DNA from: Macrostomum hystrix
Taxonomy: Eukaryota > Animalia > Platyhelminthes
Assembly (NCBI GenBank): GCA_950097015.1
Contig: CATNEN010000038.1
Coordinates: forward strand, 23,560,001-23,624,000
Length of the DNA: 64,000 nucleotides
Direction: 5' to 3'
Within the stretch, counting starts at the first letter, position 1, and each line of letters opens with the position of its first letter. Made by a program: the position numbers and the translations under genes. The notes below the pieces were generated by a model. It did no database searches and was not told the DNA's origin. It worked only from the letters and a program-made list of their open reading frames with translations. Positions 12,287 through 24,600 of this stretch are shown here, one piece after another.

Positions 12287-15200
12287 TAGGTTCTTTTGGA
12301 GTCTATTAGGTTCTTTTGGAGTTTATTAGGTTCTTTTGGTGTCTATTAGGTTCTTCTGGTGTCTATTAGGTTCTTTTGGAGTCTATTAGGTTCTTTTGGA
12401 GTCTATTAGGTTCTTTTGGAGTCTATTAGGTTCTTTTGGAGTCTATTAGGTTCTTTTGGAGTCTATTAGGTTCTTTTGGTGTCTATTAGGTTCTTTTGGT
12501 GTCTATTGGGTTCTTTTGGTGTCTATAAGGTTCTTTTGGTGTCTAGAGAATTGCTAGAGAGTCTATGGGATTCCTGGAGAGTCTATGGGATTCCTGGAGA
12601 GTCTATGGGGTTCCTGTATTGTCCATGGGGTTCGCTGTAAAGTCTATGGGATTCCTGGAGAGTCTATGGGGTTCCTGTGGAGTCTATATGGTGTGAGTTT
12701 GTGTGAATTCGGACGAGACTGTAGGGTTTCTAGCGCATGCACGGATAAGGGAGAGAGTAATAGAAGTTGCTATCACATTAGCAACTGGCTAATTTATTAT
12801 AATTAATAGTCGACAATCAAATTATCTGCGCCTTGACAAAAGAAGTGCTCTACTATAGTATTGATTATTCAGCGCGCAACACTCAATCATACAGCTCTAA
12901 TTATCCTTTGTATCCAATATGCTTCCCCCGAATGTTTGGTAAATTGAATTGTCAGTGCTAAGTACATTGATTCCTAAGTCAGATTTATAATAATGCACTT
13001 TTAACAAAGCGATTCTTGGTACATTCTAGGTAAACGGCTAGCTGATCAACGGCGATCCGCTTTCGTAACACTTTCTGTACTTCAATGTTCAGTCATTTAT
13101 GTACGTCAATGTTTAGTAGACATAGTACGTTCCATGTATATAATAATCTAATAAACGCGGCTAAACGCGTGACAAAGGCCTCCCGACAAAATGACTGTAA
13201 TGGCTTGCGCGGCAGGCTTGAACTATCTTCTGATCGGAAATCTATTGCTTAGAGGCGCTTGCTTGGATTGCTTATAGATTGCTTAACTGTGGATCTCGTG
13301 GTCCGCTTCTAAAGCTTGCTCGCTACTTTACAATGCTTGTTAACAATAAAATCGCATTTTAACGACCCTCCCTAAGCGACTGAAGAGAGGCACCTTTATA
13401 GACTGCCCCTCAAAGTTGCCCTGAGAAGCTTTTAATGATTTCCAACAACTTCTTCACAAACTTGGTCTTTTTAGGGCGTTTATCGATCGTAATGCATTGC
13501 ATAAAAACTAATGCAATAATTAAAAAAATATTTTTTTTCTGAATTAAAATCAACAATCAGACTTTGAATATAGTACAAAGGTGAAGGTATATTTAGATTT
13601 CGTTATTATCTAATAAATTTATTGCATTTTTAAAGATAGATTTTATTAGAAACACGTCATAAGGAAATCCATTTATTTTTAGATTTTTGTTCTTGTTCTC
13701 TTAAGCCGTTAGTCTTTATTAGACAGGAAACAATGAGTTAGTGGCGCCTAAATTTTGCTCGCGCTTCAATTTATGATATTCTACGTTCATCAATGCTTGT
13801 TTGTAAAATATAATAATAGTTAAAAAAACGTTGCCTATATTATTGCATTTTGCATCTTTATATTTTCATTTAACTGTTTAGTTAGAAGTTAGTTACTGAA
13901 GTTGTGCTTTCATACAATTTTTAACAGAAGACTATTATACAAAAAGGCGAACTTTGAGTATGCAATTTTATGTAATTGCTGGTCTATCCAATAACTAGTT
14001 GCTCGAAACTATTAACACCATTGTGTTGCAAATTTGTTATTCACAGCTCAGTGATGCTGTAATAGCCTAGCTATGCAGCTATGACCTATACTCTATAGAT
14101 AATGGTTAAGCATAGTCTAGATCATGCTGGCTTCATGCTGAATACGAAGTAGTATAAATAATTTCTTGTTTAAACTACATGATTGGGTTAAAATATATAT
14201 TCCACTACCCAATTGATAATCTGAGCCTAAGTTTTTGTTTTATATATCTTAAGCCAAAGTTATTTTATTTCTATATTGGTCATATATTGTATATTTGTCA
14301 TGATTGCGCAAGAACATTAAAATTAAAAAAATAATCACAGATAATAGTCTTAAAGAACAGTAAAACTATTAACTAAAACTAAGGCTGGTGGGCCTAAGTC
14401 TGTTTATATATGGCCTGATCTTGATTCCCATGGGCCATAGTTTACATCAAATTAACAGAAAAGTGTAGCTAGTTTCTGCAAGATGTAGCACTACAGACAG
14501 AAAGATCATTTTCTAAAGTCCTTTAAAATAATGAATAGAACGGAAGTGAAAAATTCCTGATATTAATTTTAGTTTTAGCCAATTTAAGAAATTGTCATAA
14601 TCCTTTAATTATGCTTTTCTTTGAATTCTAAATAATAGACTTTGATTATATATTATAATATAGCCATGTGCAGATATTTTTAATATGCTTATCTGAAGGC
14701 TTCATAGACTGTAGGTTATCTACAAATATGTATCTGACTATACTACAGAATCATTTGTAAAATTATTTTGTCATTTGAATTTGCACAGTGATATGTTCAT
14801 AATTCCAAAACTGACATCTGTTGGCATGCCACTAATAATAAAGTAATGTGGTGCACTGCAGTTCATAAAATATCTATAAAATACAAGACATAACACATGT
14901 CTATGGCCAAAATCACTGCATCAACTTAGTGCTTTTAAATGGAAATGGGCTTGGGGTTAGAAATGTTTGCTGCCAAGCTGAGAATACTTGGATTTATGTG
15001 CTTTTCAGATAAACATGACTGGACAACCTTTCTGTACTGGGTTATCCACTATTACCTGCTATGAAACCATTTATCTTGTAACTTGGCATCAATTTTATAT
15101 TAAGGTGTTTCAATGTTACTTTCTTATATTGTTATAAACTCTAGAGTTTCAAGATGCAAGTTATTCATATTGAGAAAGTATTTTACTCAATGGTAATTAG

Positions 15201-15679
15201 TTTAGAACAATTATTGAGAATAAATTTAACAAATTATTCTGCAGGATGGCTGTCTATCTGAATGTCTTAAGTCTACGACAATGTCTGGAAGCTTCACACT
15301 TAAAGCAATTATATTTGCCTATGCTTTTTATTACATTTTTTGGGTATCCAACTTGGCAATGTATATAAGTTTATTTAAAAGCAAAATCAGTCCTAATTAT
15401 CTATTTGTGCATTTTAGCTCTCTCTGACCTCTGATCAATGATTAAAAATGAATCTGTTTGCCTGATAGTTATTTATAGGACATCTGTTCACATCATTCGA
15501 TAATAATGTACATCCACCTCAACTAGACTGAGTGAAATTTCTATTTTTATCTATCTCTAATTGTAGAACATATTATTTTCAGCTGCAATGACATAATAAG
15601 CTTTTGATTAAAGAAGAGAACAAGTATAAAAAAGCAATTAAGAAGCCTCACAGTAGCTGTTTCTACACCAGTCTCTAAA

Positions 15680-18600
15680 ATGGGCTGCTCCTATTCGAAG
15701 CATCCGTCCATTGCTGTCGAACAAAATCATCCGGCTCCTGTTGATTTTCGACTAGCGGCTGTTGCCAACGGAGCCAGCACTGCTGTTGCCACCTCAGCTG
15801 ACTCCACTGATCTAACCGATATTCAAGTTGAAGAACTATGGCCTAAATTCATTCAGGCCATAGACATTACGGTCGATCGCGCCAGAGAACTATCTGCTTT
15901 GGATGACGACAAGAAGCGGCAGGCGGTGCAGAATTGGTTGAGCTCAATGCAGCCAGGCCCTGCCACCTACACTGTGGCCTATTATGTTAGCTATTTGCAG
16001 CGATGCGACAGGCATGGAAACCTAGGTGGCAGCGACAAATCTAATGTTATTAGAAGCTTGGAGAATAGTTTGAGAACCTATTCTGTACAGTGAGTGAATT
16101 CTTCTGTTTGTTTGTTAAATCAGAAACATTTCTTTCGAGACCTGAATCGGAGGTCGTTGCCAAGTGGTTAGAGCGTCGGATTCACGACTTGAAGGTCGGG
16201 GGTTCGATTCCCGACTCTACTGGAACAATTTGTGTCCCGTTCAGTTCCAGTTCACCCAGTTATTAAATGGGTAGCAATAGCTGCGGCTGTGATGTCGGCT
16301 GCACATCTGGCCCGATTGAAGCTGATATAGTAGATAATTATAATTTTTATAAGTATTTAAGTTTTGTTATAAAAGCTTCATTCCGTTTTTGTTTTGTTAG
16401 TTCAAGGGTATTTGTTCAAGGGTTTCTCGACTAGCTATTTAGCTAATTTAATTAGCAGTTAAAAATGTAAATGCTATAATTATATGGCTCATGTGCGAAT
16501 TCTATGCGCAATTCTTAATTGTTATATGCGTATTTGCACTTAAATATAACTTACTGCATGCAGGGGTTAAAAAATGTAAATTAATTAAATTAAAAAAACT
16601 TCTACTAGTAGTTCGCATATATAAATACGTAGTTCTTCAGGGCTCTGAAATAGCGAATTTCATATTATTTATGCAGAAAAAAATTAGTTTAAAAATTCTG
16701 TGATTTTAAATCTGAAGGGTCTTGATCGTGAATCACTGTAGTCTTCACTCTGGTCTTGATCCTAAATCACTGTGGTCTTGATTCTGAATCACTGTGGTCT
16801 TGATCCTAAATCACTGTGTTCTTGATCCTGAATCACTGTGGTCTTGATCCTTAGTCACTGTGGTCTTGATCCTGAGTCACTGTGGTCTTGATCCTGAGTC
16901 ACTGTGGTCTTAATCCTAAGTCACTGTGGCCTTGATCTTGAGACACTCTGGTCTTGATCCTGAATCACTGTGGTCTTGATCCCTAGTCACCGTGGTCTTG
17001 ATCTTGAGTCACTGTGGTCTTAATCCTGAATCACTGTGGTCTTGATCTTGAGTCACTGTAGTCTTGTTCTTGAGTCACTGTAGTCTTGTTCTTGAGTCAC
17101 TGTAGTCTTGTTCTTGAGTCACTGGTGTCTTGTTCTTGAGTCACTGGTGTCTTGTTCTTGAGTCACTGGTGTCTTGTTCTTGAGTCACTGTTGTCTTGTT
17201 CTTGAGTCACTGTGGTCTTGAATATGTAAATGTAAGCCAGTCGATGAATAAACAAGTAATCCTTTTATTTTTCGTTTCCCTAGGTGGTTAGAGCAGTTTC
17301 TTGAGGCTGGCGGCCTTGATTTATTACTGCGATATATCGGACGCTCTCTAGAGGAACTGATCAAGTAAGTTTTTTGATTTCGTAAATGTATATCGATTCT
17401 TTTTCCAACCGTGTTAAATAGAACAATTAGTAATGTCAATAATGGTAGGTCACAAAACGGCCCTTTTAAGGGTTGCACAAAGAATTATTTATTCTACTTT
17501 TTGATTCTGAAAAGACTCGTTTTATCTTATCAATTTATTGATAAATAAATTATCTCGTCTTATTTTCTAGTAAGCATTGGTTTATATTGCACCGTAAATT
17601 ATTATTTTACTGTTTGTATAATTTCTTTGAAGATGGTGGCAAGACAGAACAGCGATTTGCCAGTCAGCACCCTATCTGTGTCTGTGAGTATAACTCAGTG
17701 CAAAACGAAGCACTAAACCTAAGCGGTACTATTGGATACAATTTTATATACTTTTCTCAGCACTACGAATAAAAAATGCGAAACGCATTAGCGGCCTCTC
17801 TGATGGCAGTCGGCGACTTAATGATTTTATGGTCTTATTATCTTATCATAATAAGATTGCTTGTTGTTCTAAATATCACACATTAATCCACAGTGCTGCT
17901 ACCTAATTTGATATTTATATATATTGTAGGATTGTGAAGCTTGTTACTTTGTATTTTTGCTTGTGAAGATAATCTCATTAACTGTTAATGACTATAGAAT
18001 ATTACGGTTATATTAGAGAAAATAATCTAGGTCATTATCATATTCCCTCTTTGCCTTTCTACCACTTCCTAATTACAGGAGGGCAGTGGCACATCATTTG
18101 TTGACACTAGACCCGCAGCCAGCCAGGAGGCAATTCTCCCCATTTCGCTGACTCCTGAGCACACACGTACACAGGCGTGTACATCTGCCCTGACTTTCTC
18201 ATCGTCAGGCAGTGTACACTCTCACTGTTCCTTGGAGGTTGGCCCTCCGTAAAGGTTGGCCTTCTAAGCCTTCTCTACGCGACTGCGCCCTAAATGAATG
18301 TGGCCTCGTCGCGGAATCGAACTCAGGCACTCAGGGACTGCATAAACGATAATTATCTTTAAAGAGTAAAACAGAACTTATGAAGATCTAGAATTGCTTT
18401 TTTTTAACCATTAGTTCATCCTTGTGACTAATTCTAGGCTAAACACAGCTTTCGTAAACGAAAGCAAAATTCAAATAATTTAACTAGATTATACTAATTA
18501 AACTAGTCTTCTCTCTCTCCCTATAAGGTTCTGTTTTTCGCTAACTAATAAAAATAAAGTTTCTATATTTAGACAATGATGAAGTGTTTTTCTCGCTTGT

Positions 18601-21600
18601 GTGTGTGTGTGTGTTTGTGTGCCCCATGCATTATTACCTCAAAATGTGTAGCTAGATAAAATGCTGAGTTAGTTTTCCAACCAACATACCTAGGCTAGAT
18701 TCGACTGTACATTCTAAGCGCGCTATTGTACACTGATATCGCTTAGGTATCAGAGGTTTCTGTCCGTCAGATGCTGAAACGCTGGGCAAAATTACAAAAC
18801 CGTTATTTACGTTAAAATATATGCAGTCAGGAAAATTTTTAATTAGGCAATTCAACTGTGAATAAAAAAGATGCTACATTTCAGGGTTTCTTTTCGCGAC
18901 GGATAGCTTTGGTTACAGGGTGTACATTGGCAATGTTAAAGTTAAGATTTCAATTCTTGCTGATGTTTTGCGATATGCAATATTGTATGTGGGTGAGATT
19001 CTATCTCAGGGATCCGTATTCTTGATTATGGGGGGGGGGAATTTACATTTTCTCAAAGAGATATTGACCTATTGGATCGATAATGAAAACCGAGTTTTTA
19101 TCTCATAGTGAGATTTTTTATTCAACGCCTTGACAACTGATAGCCATTAGAGTTTCAAGCGCGTTTTCACACTCCCAAAAAATGAAAATAATTATCCAGA
19201 TCTGAAGACTCCCTAGCGCTGACCCAGCTGAACGGTTCTGTTCTGACCGCGGCCTCGACGTCAACCGCCGAGCGGCAGTCAGTTATGCCGAAGGACCATC
19301 GCAAACTGCAACAGAAGGAGAAGAAATCTAAGCGCAGAAAATCCGGTGCCGCCGACAGCAGCATAGCCAGCGGTCGTCAAACAAGGCGCAGGTCGTCCGT
19401 AGCTGTCAAAGTTGGCCTGAGTCAGTTTCATCGACTATTCTCTGAGCCGGATGAAAATCTCTTAAACGATGTCCACAGTGGTGTCAAATGCATGCGAGTG
19501 TTCTTCAATAACCAGCGAGCTTGTCAGATGACCTTTCAGGTTGGTTTCTGGCTAAGCCTTAACATCCTCTTCTTATTCCTCCCTTTTTGTAATTATTCTC
19601 TCCACAAAATATTCATCTTTTTCTCACTGAATATTCTTTCTTTTCTCATCTGAGTCATTTTTCCAATTTTTTTTCCGTTCCTCATCCAAAATCTTTCCCT
19701 TCTTCTCCTTCCCCTATCCTCTTTCCCCTTTCCCCCTTTCTCTTAATCTTCCTTAACTTCTTCTCCTCCTCTTAATCCTCTTTCCCCTTTCCCCCTTTCT
19801 CTTAATCTTCCTTACCTTCTTCTCCTCCTCTTAATCCTCTTTCCCCTTTCCCCCTTTCTCTTAATCTTCCTTACCTTCTTCTCCTCCTCTTAATCCTCTT
19901 TCCCCTTTTCCCCTTTCTCTTAATCTTCCTTACCTTCTTCTCCTCCTCTTAATCCTCTTTCCCCTTTTCCCCTTTCTCTTAATCTTCCTTACCTTCTTCT
20001 CCTCCTCTTAATCCTCTTTCCCCTTTTCCCCTTTCTCTTAATCTTCCTTACCTTCTTCTCCTCCTCTTAATCCTCTTTCCCCTTTTCCCCTTTCTCTTAA
20101 TCTTCCTTACCTTCTTCTCCTCCTCTTAATCCTCTTTCCCCTTTTCCCCTTTCTCTTAATCTTCCTTACCTTCTTCTCCTCCTCTTAATCCTTTTCCCCT
20201 TTCCACCTTTCTCTTAATCTTCCTTACCTTCTTCTCCTCCTCTTAATCCTTTTCCCCTTTCCCCTTTCTCTTAATCTTCCTTACCTTCTTCTCCTCCTCT
20301 TAATCCTTTTCCCCTTTCCCCCTTTCTCTTAATCTTCCTTACCTTCTTCTCCTCCTCTTAATCCTCTTTCCCCTTTTCCCCTTTCTCTTAATCTTCCTTA
20401 CCTTCTTCTCCTCCTCTTAATCCTCTTTCCCCTTTCCCCCTTTCTCTTAATCTTCCTTACCTTCTTCTCCTCCTCTTAATCCTCTTTCCCCTTTTCCCCT
20501 TTCTCTTAATCTTCCTTACCTTCTTCTCCTCCTCTTAATCCTCTTTCCCCTTTTCCCCTTTCTCTTAATCTTCCTTACCTTCTTCTCCTCCTCTTAATCC
20601 TCTTTCCCCTTTCCCCCTTTCTCTTAATCTTCCTTACCTTCTTCTCCTCCTCTTAATCCTCTTTCCCCTTTTCCCCTTTCTCTTAATCTTCCTTACCTTC
20701 TTCTCCTCCTCTTAATCCTCTTTCCCCTTTACCCTTTTCTCATAATCTCCCTTACCTTCTTCTCTTCCTCTTAATCCTCTTTCCCCTTCTCTCTTAATCT
20801 TCCTTACCTTCTTCTCCTCCTCTTAATCCCCTTTCCCCTTTTCTCTTAATCTTCCTTACCTTCTTCTCCTCTTCATCCCCTTTCCCATTTTCTCTTAATC
20901 TTCCTTACCTTCTTCTCCTCCTCTTAATCCCCTTTCCCCTTTTCTCTTAATCTTCCTTACCTTCTTCTCTTCCTCTTAATCCTCTTTCCCCTTTTCTCTT
21001 AATCTCCCTTACCTTCTTCTCTTCCTCTTAATCCTCTTTCCCCTTTTCTCTTAATCTCCCTTACCTTCTTCTCTTCCTCTTAATCCCCTTTCCCCTTTTC
21101 TCTTAATCTTCCTTACCTTCTTCTCCTCCTCTTAATCCCCTTTCCCCTTTTCTCTTAATCTTCCTTACCTTCTTCTCCTCCTCTTCATATCCTTTCCCCT
21201 TTTCTCTTAATCTTCCTTACCTTCTTCTCCTCTTCATCCCCTTTCCCATTTTCTCTTAATCTTCCTTACCTTCTTCTCCTCTTCATCCCCTTTCCCATTT
21301 TCTCTTAATCTTCCTTACCTTCTTCTCTTCCTCTTAATCCTCTTTCCCCTTTTCTCTTAATCTCCCTTACCTTCTTCTCTTCCTCTTAATCCTCTTTCCC
21401 CTTTTCTCTTAATCTCCCTTACCTTCTTCTCTTCCTCTTAATCCTCTTTCCCATTTTCTCTTAATCTTCCTTACCTTCTTCTCCTCCTCTTAATCCTCTT
21501 TCCCCTTTTCTCTTAATCTCCCTTACCTTCTTCTCCTCCTCTTAATCCCCTTTCCCCTTTTCTCTTAATCTCCCTGACCTTCTTCTCTTCCTCTTAATCC

Positions 21601-24600
21601 TCTTTCCCCTTTTCTCTTAATCTCCCTGACCTTCTTCTCTTCCTCTTAATCCTCTTTCCCCTTCTCTCTTAATCTTCCTTACCTTCTTCTCCTCCTCTTA
21701 ATCCTCTTTCCCCTTTCCATTTTTCTCTTAATCTTCCTTACCTTCTTCTCCTCCTCTTAATCCTCTTTCCCCTTTCCATTTTTCTCTTAATCTTCCTTAC
21801 CTTCTTCTCCTCCTCTTAATCCTCTTTCCCCTTTCCATTTTTCTCTTAATCTTCCTTACCTTCTTCTCCTCCTCTTAATCCTTTTCCCCTTTACTATTTT
21901 CTCTTAATCTTCCTTACCTTCTTCTCCTCCTCTTAATCCTCTTTCCCCTTTCCATTTTTCTCTTAATCTTCCTTACCTTCTTCTCCTCCTCTTAATCCTT
22001 TTCCCCTTTACTATTTTCTCTTAATCTTCCTTACCTTCTTCTCCTCCTCTTAATCCTTTTTTCCCCTTTTATCCTAATCTTCCTTATCTTCTCCTCCTCT
22101 TAATCCTCTTTTCCCTTTTCTATTATTCTTCCTTATCTTCTTCTCCTCGACTTAATCCTCTTTCCATTTTTCTCCTCTTAATATTTTTTACCTTCTTCTC
22201 CTCCTCTTTATCCTCTTTCCATTTTTCTCCTCTTAATATTTTTTACCTTCTTCTCCTCCTCTTTATCCTCTTTCCATTTTTCTCCTCTTAATATTTTTTA
22301 CCTTCTTCTCCTCCTCTTTATCCTCTTTCCATTTTTCTCCTCCTAATCTTCCTTACCTTCTTCTCCTCCTCTTAATCATCTTTTCCCTTTTCTCCTCTTA
22401 ATCTCTTCTTTCCATTTTTCTTCTCCTACGGCTCGTAATCATCTTTCCCTTCTCGTCTTAATCTTCTTCTCTTATTGCTCTTGCCTCTCGCGTCGCAAAT
22501 TAAATAATTTCCCGATATGTAGCGAAAAGTGTATGTTCTCACTTGTCCTAATTTTTTTTCAGGACAAGACAGCCATCAACATTATAGTCCAATGCCTGCT
22601 TCATCCGCGTCACGCCACCAAGACTCTGGTGCTGGAGCTGCTAGCCGCACTCTGTATGCTTGACGGCATGCATCAGCATGTACTTGACGCCTTCGACTAC
22701 TTCAAAGAGCGCGTCGGTGAGAGACGCCGTTGGGAGACTCTGATGTCGTATTTTAAACAGCACGACAGCCTGCCAGCTGAGCACTACTGCCTTGAGTTCA
22801 TGATCAGCTGCGCCAGGTTCATCAATATCGTCCAGAATGTTAGCAATGAGCAGGTTGGCCTTAGAGTCTACCTGCAGTCCGAATTCTCCCAATTGGGATT
22901 GGACGAATTTTTGCACTCCCTGCACGGGAAATACGAGGACGCAAGGCTAAATAGTCAGCTCGAGGCCATCTTTGATAATACAATCGATGTTGCCGGCTTG
23001 TATCAGGACTCGCTGGCTAAACAAGCGGCTGTTGCTAGGTCAGTGAGTTTGAGTCAGTATCAATGTTGAGTACATATGTTATTGCTAAATATCTAACAGG
23101 AGTAGGATTCATAGTCTTTATATCCCATTTAAGGTAAGATTACAGCTTTTCAAATTTTTATAGGGTGAGAATTTTGAATTTAAAACTCTAAACTAGGGTG
23201 AGATTTCTAAATCTTCAAACTCTTATCTAGAGTGAGTTTTTAGGATCTTCAAACTCTTATCTAGAGTGAGTTTTTAGGATCTTCAAACTCTTATCTAGAG
23301 TGAGTTTTTAGGATCTTCAAACTCTTATCTAGAGTGAGTTTTTAGGATCTTCAAACTCTTATCTAGAGTGAGTTTTTAGGATCTTCAAACTCTTATCTAG
23401 GGTGGGAATGTCTGAATCTTCAAACTCTTATCTAGGGTGAGAATGTCTGAATCTTCAAACTCTTATCTAGGGTGGGAATGTCTGAATCTTCAAACTCTTA
23501 TCTAGGGTGGGAATGTCTGAATCTTCAAACTCTTATCTAGGGTGAGAATGTCTGAATCTTCAAACTCTTATCTAGGGTGAGGTTTTTTCATCTTCTAGAT
23601 CTTGTCTAGGGTGATATTTTTTAGTTCTAGAGCTGTTTTCTAGGACGAGATTTGAAAACAAAAATATGACTATGAGTTTTATAATCCATTTATATTTATT
23701 ATTTATAGTTTTTTCTATCAGAAACGTTACTAAAAATGTCTCGAATGCCTTCTTCCTAACAGGGCAGCAGCCCTAGAGGAGCAGCTCTACCAGACTCAGG
23801 CTCGCCTACAAGAGTCTGAATACACCGCAGCCGAGCGTCTTGCCGAACTACGCGAGCGTCTAACCAGCCGAGAAGCCGACTGCGCCAGCCTGCGCGCAGA
23901 CAAAGAGGCCACACTGAAACGCATGGAGAGCAGTCTCAGCGCTGCCAACAAATCCGCCGGCGAGATGCAACACGAATTGGCCGAACGTCTCGCCGAAATG
24001 GAGCGTCGGCTTCAAGAAGCCGAATCGGCTGCCGCGGCTGCTAAAGAGCGAGAGCAGAAGCTCAGACAGCAGCAGCAACAGCAGCAACAGCAGCAACAAC
24101 AACAACAGCAGCAGCAACAGCAGCAACAACAGCAGGCATCAGAGACACTTGGTGTTCCAGCTGCGAAAATACCTGGCGTTAACTGTCCATCGTCTGCACC
24201 ACCTCCGCCACCGCCGCCTCCTCCGCCTCCTCCACCGCCGCCGCCGCCCGGAGGATCAGGCGGCCCGCCTCCGCCGCCGCCTCCACCGCCGCCGCCTCTG
24301 CCTCCCGGCGGTCGAGGACCTGCGGCGCCGCCGCTGCCCCATGGCGGCGTGGCTGTGAAAACTCCGCTTGTGCCAAAGAATCGGCTGCCATTGTTGAATT
24401 GGACGGCAATACCGCCTAATGTGTGTCGCGGCACCGTCTTCATGGATATGAACGATGATCAGGTGAGATTGAAACTGGAAGATAGAATAATGAGACTGCT
24501 CTGTTGGGGCTGAGATTTTAGTGTGTTACTTAAGGGGAAAAGATTTTGAGACTGTTACTTTAAGTAAAGAGATTTTGAGATTGTTACCTTAGGGGAAGAG

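Larger units (their letters stand above)
10181..12545. repeat. 20-bp satellite (GAGTCTATTAGGTTCTTTTG)n split by the RTE insertion
   Basis: Arrays at 10181-10380 and 12287-12545, followed by related GAGTCTATGGGATTCCTGGA units to about 12690. Confidence 0.95.

Noticed and set aside
16150-16225. tRNA gene
   Set aside because: A and B boxes are present, but there is no paired acceptor stem and the sequence continues into the SINE body. The same holds at 31294, 51447 and 58730.
18195-18215. Hammerhead ribozyme core (CTGACGA..GAAA on the minus strand)
   Set aside because: Only 3 nt separate the boxes, so stem II cannot form. The segment is better explained as a simple hairpin.
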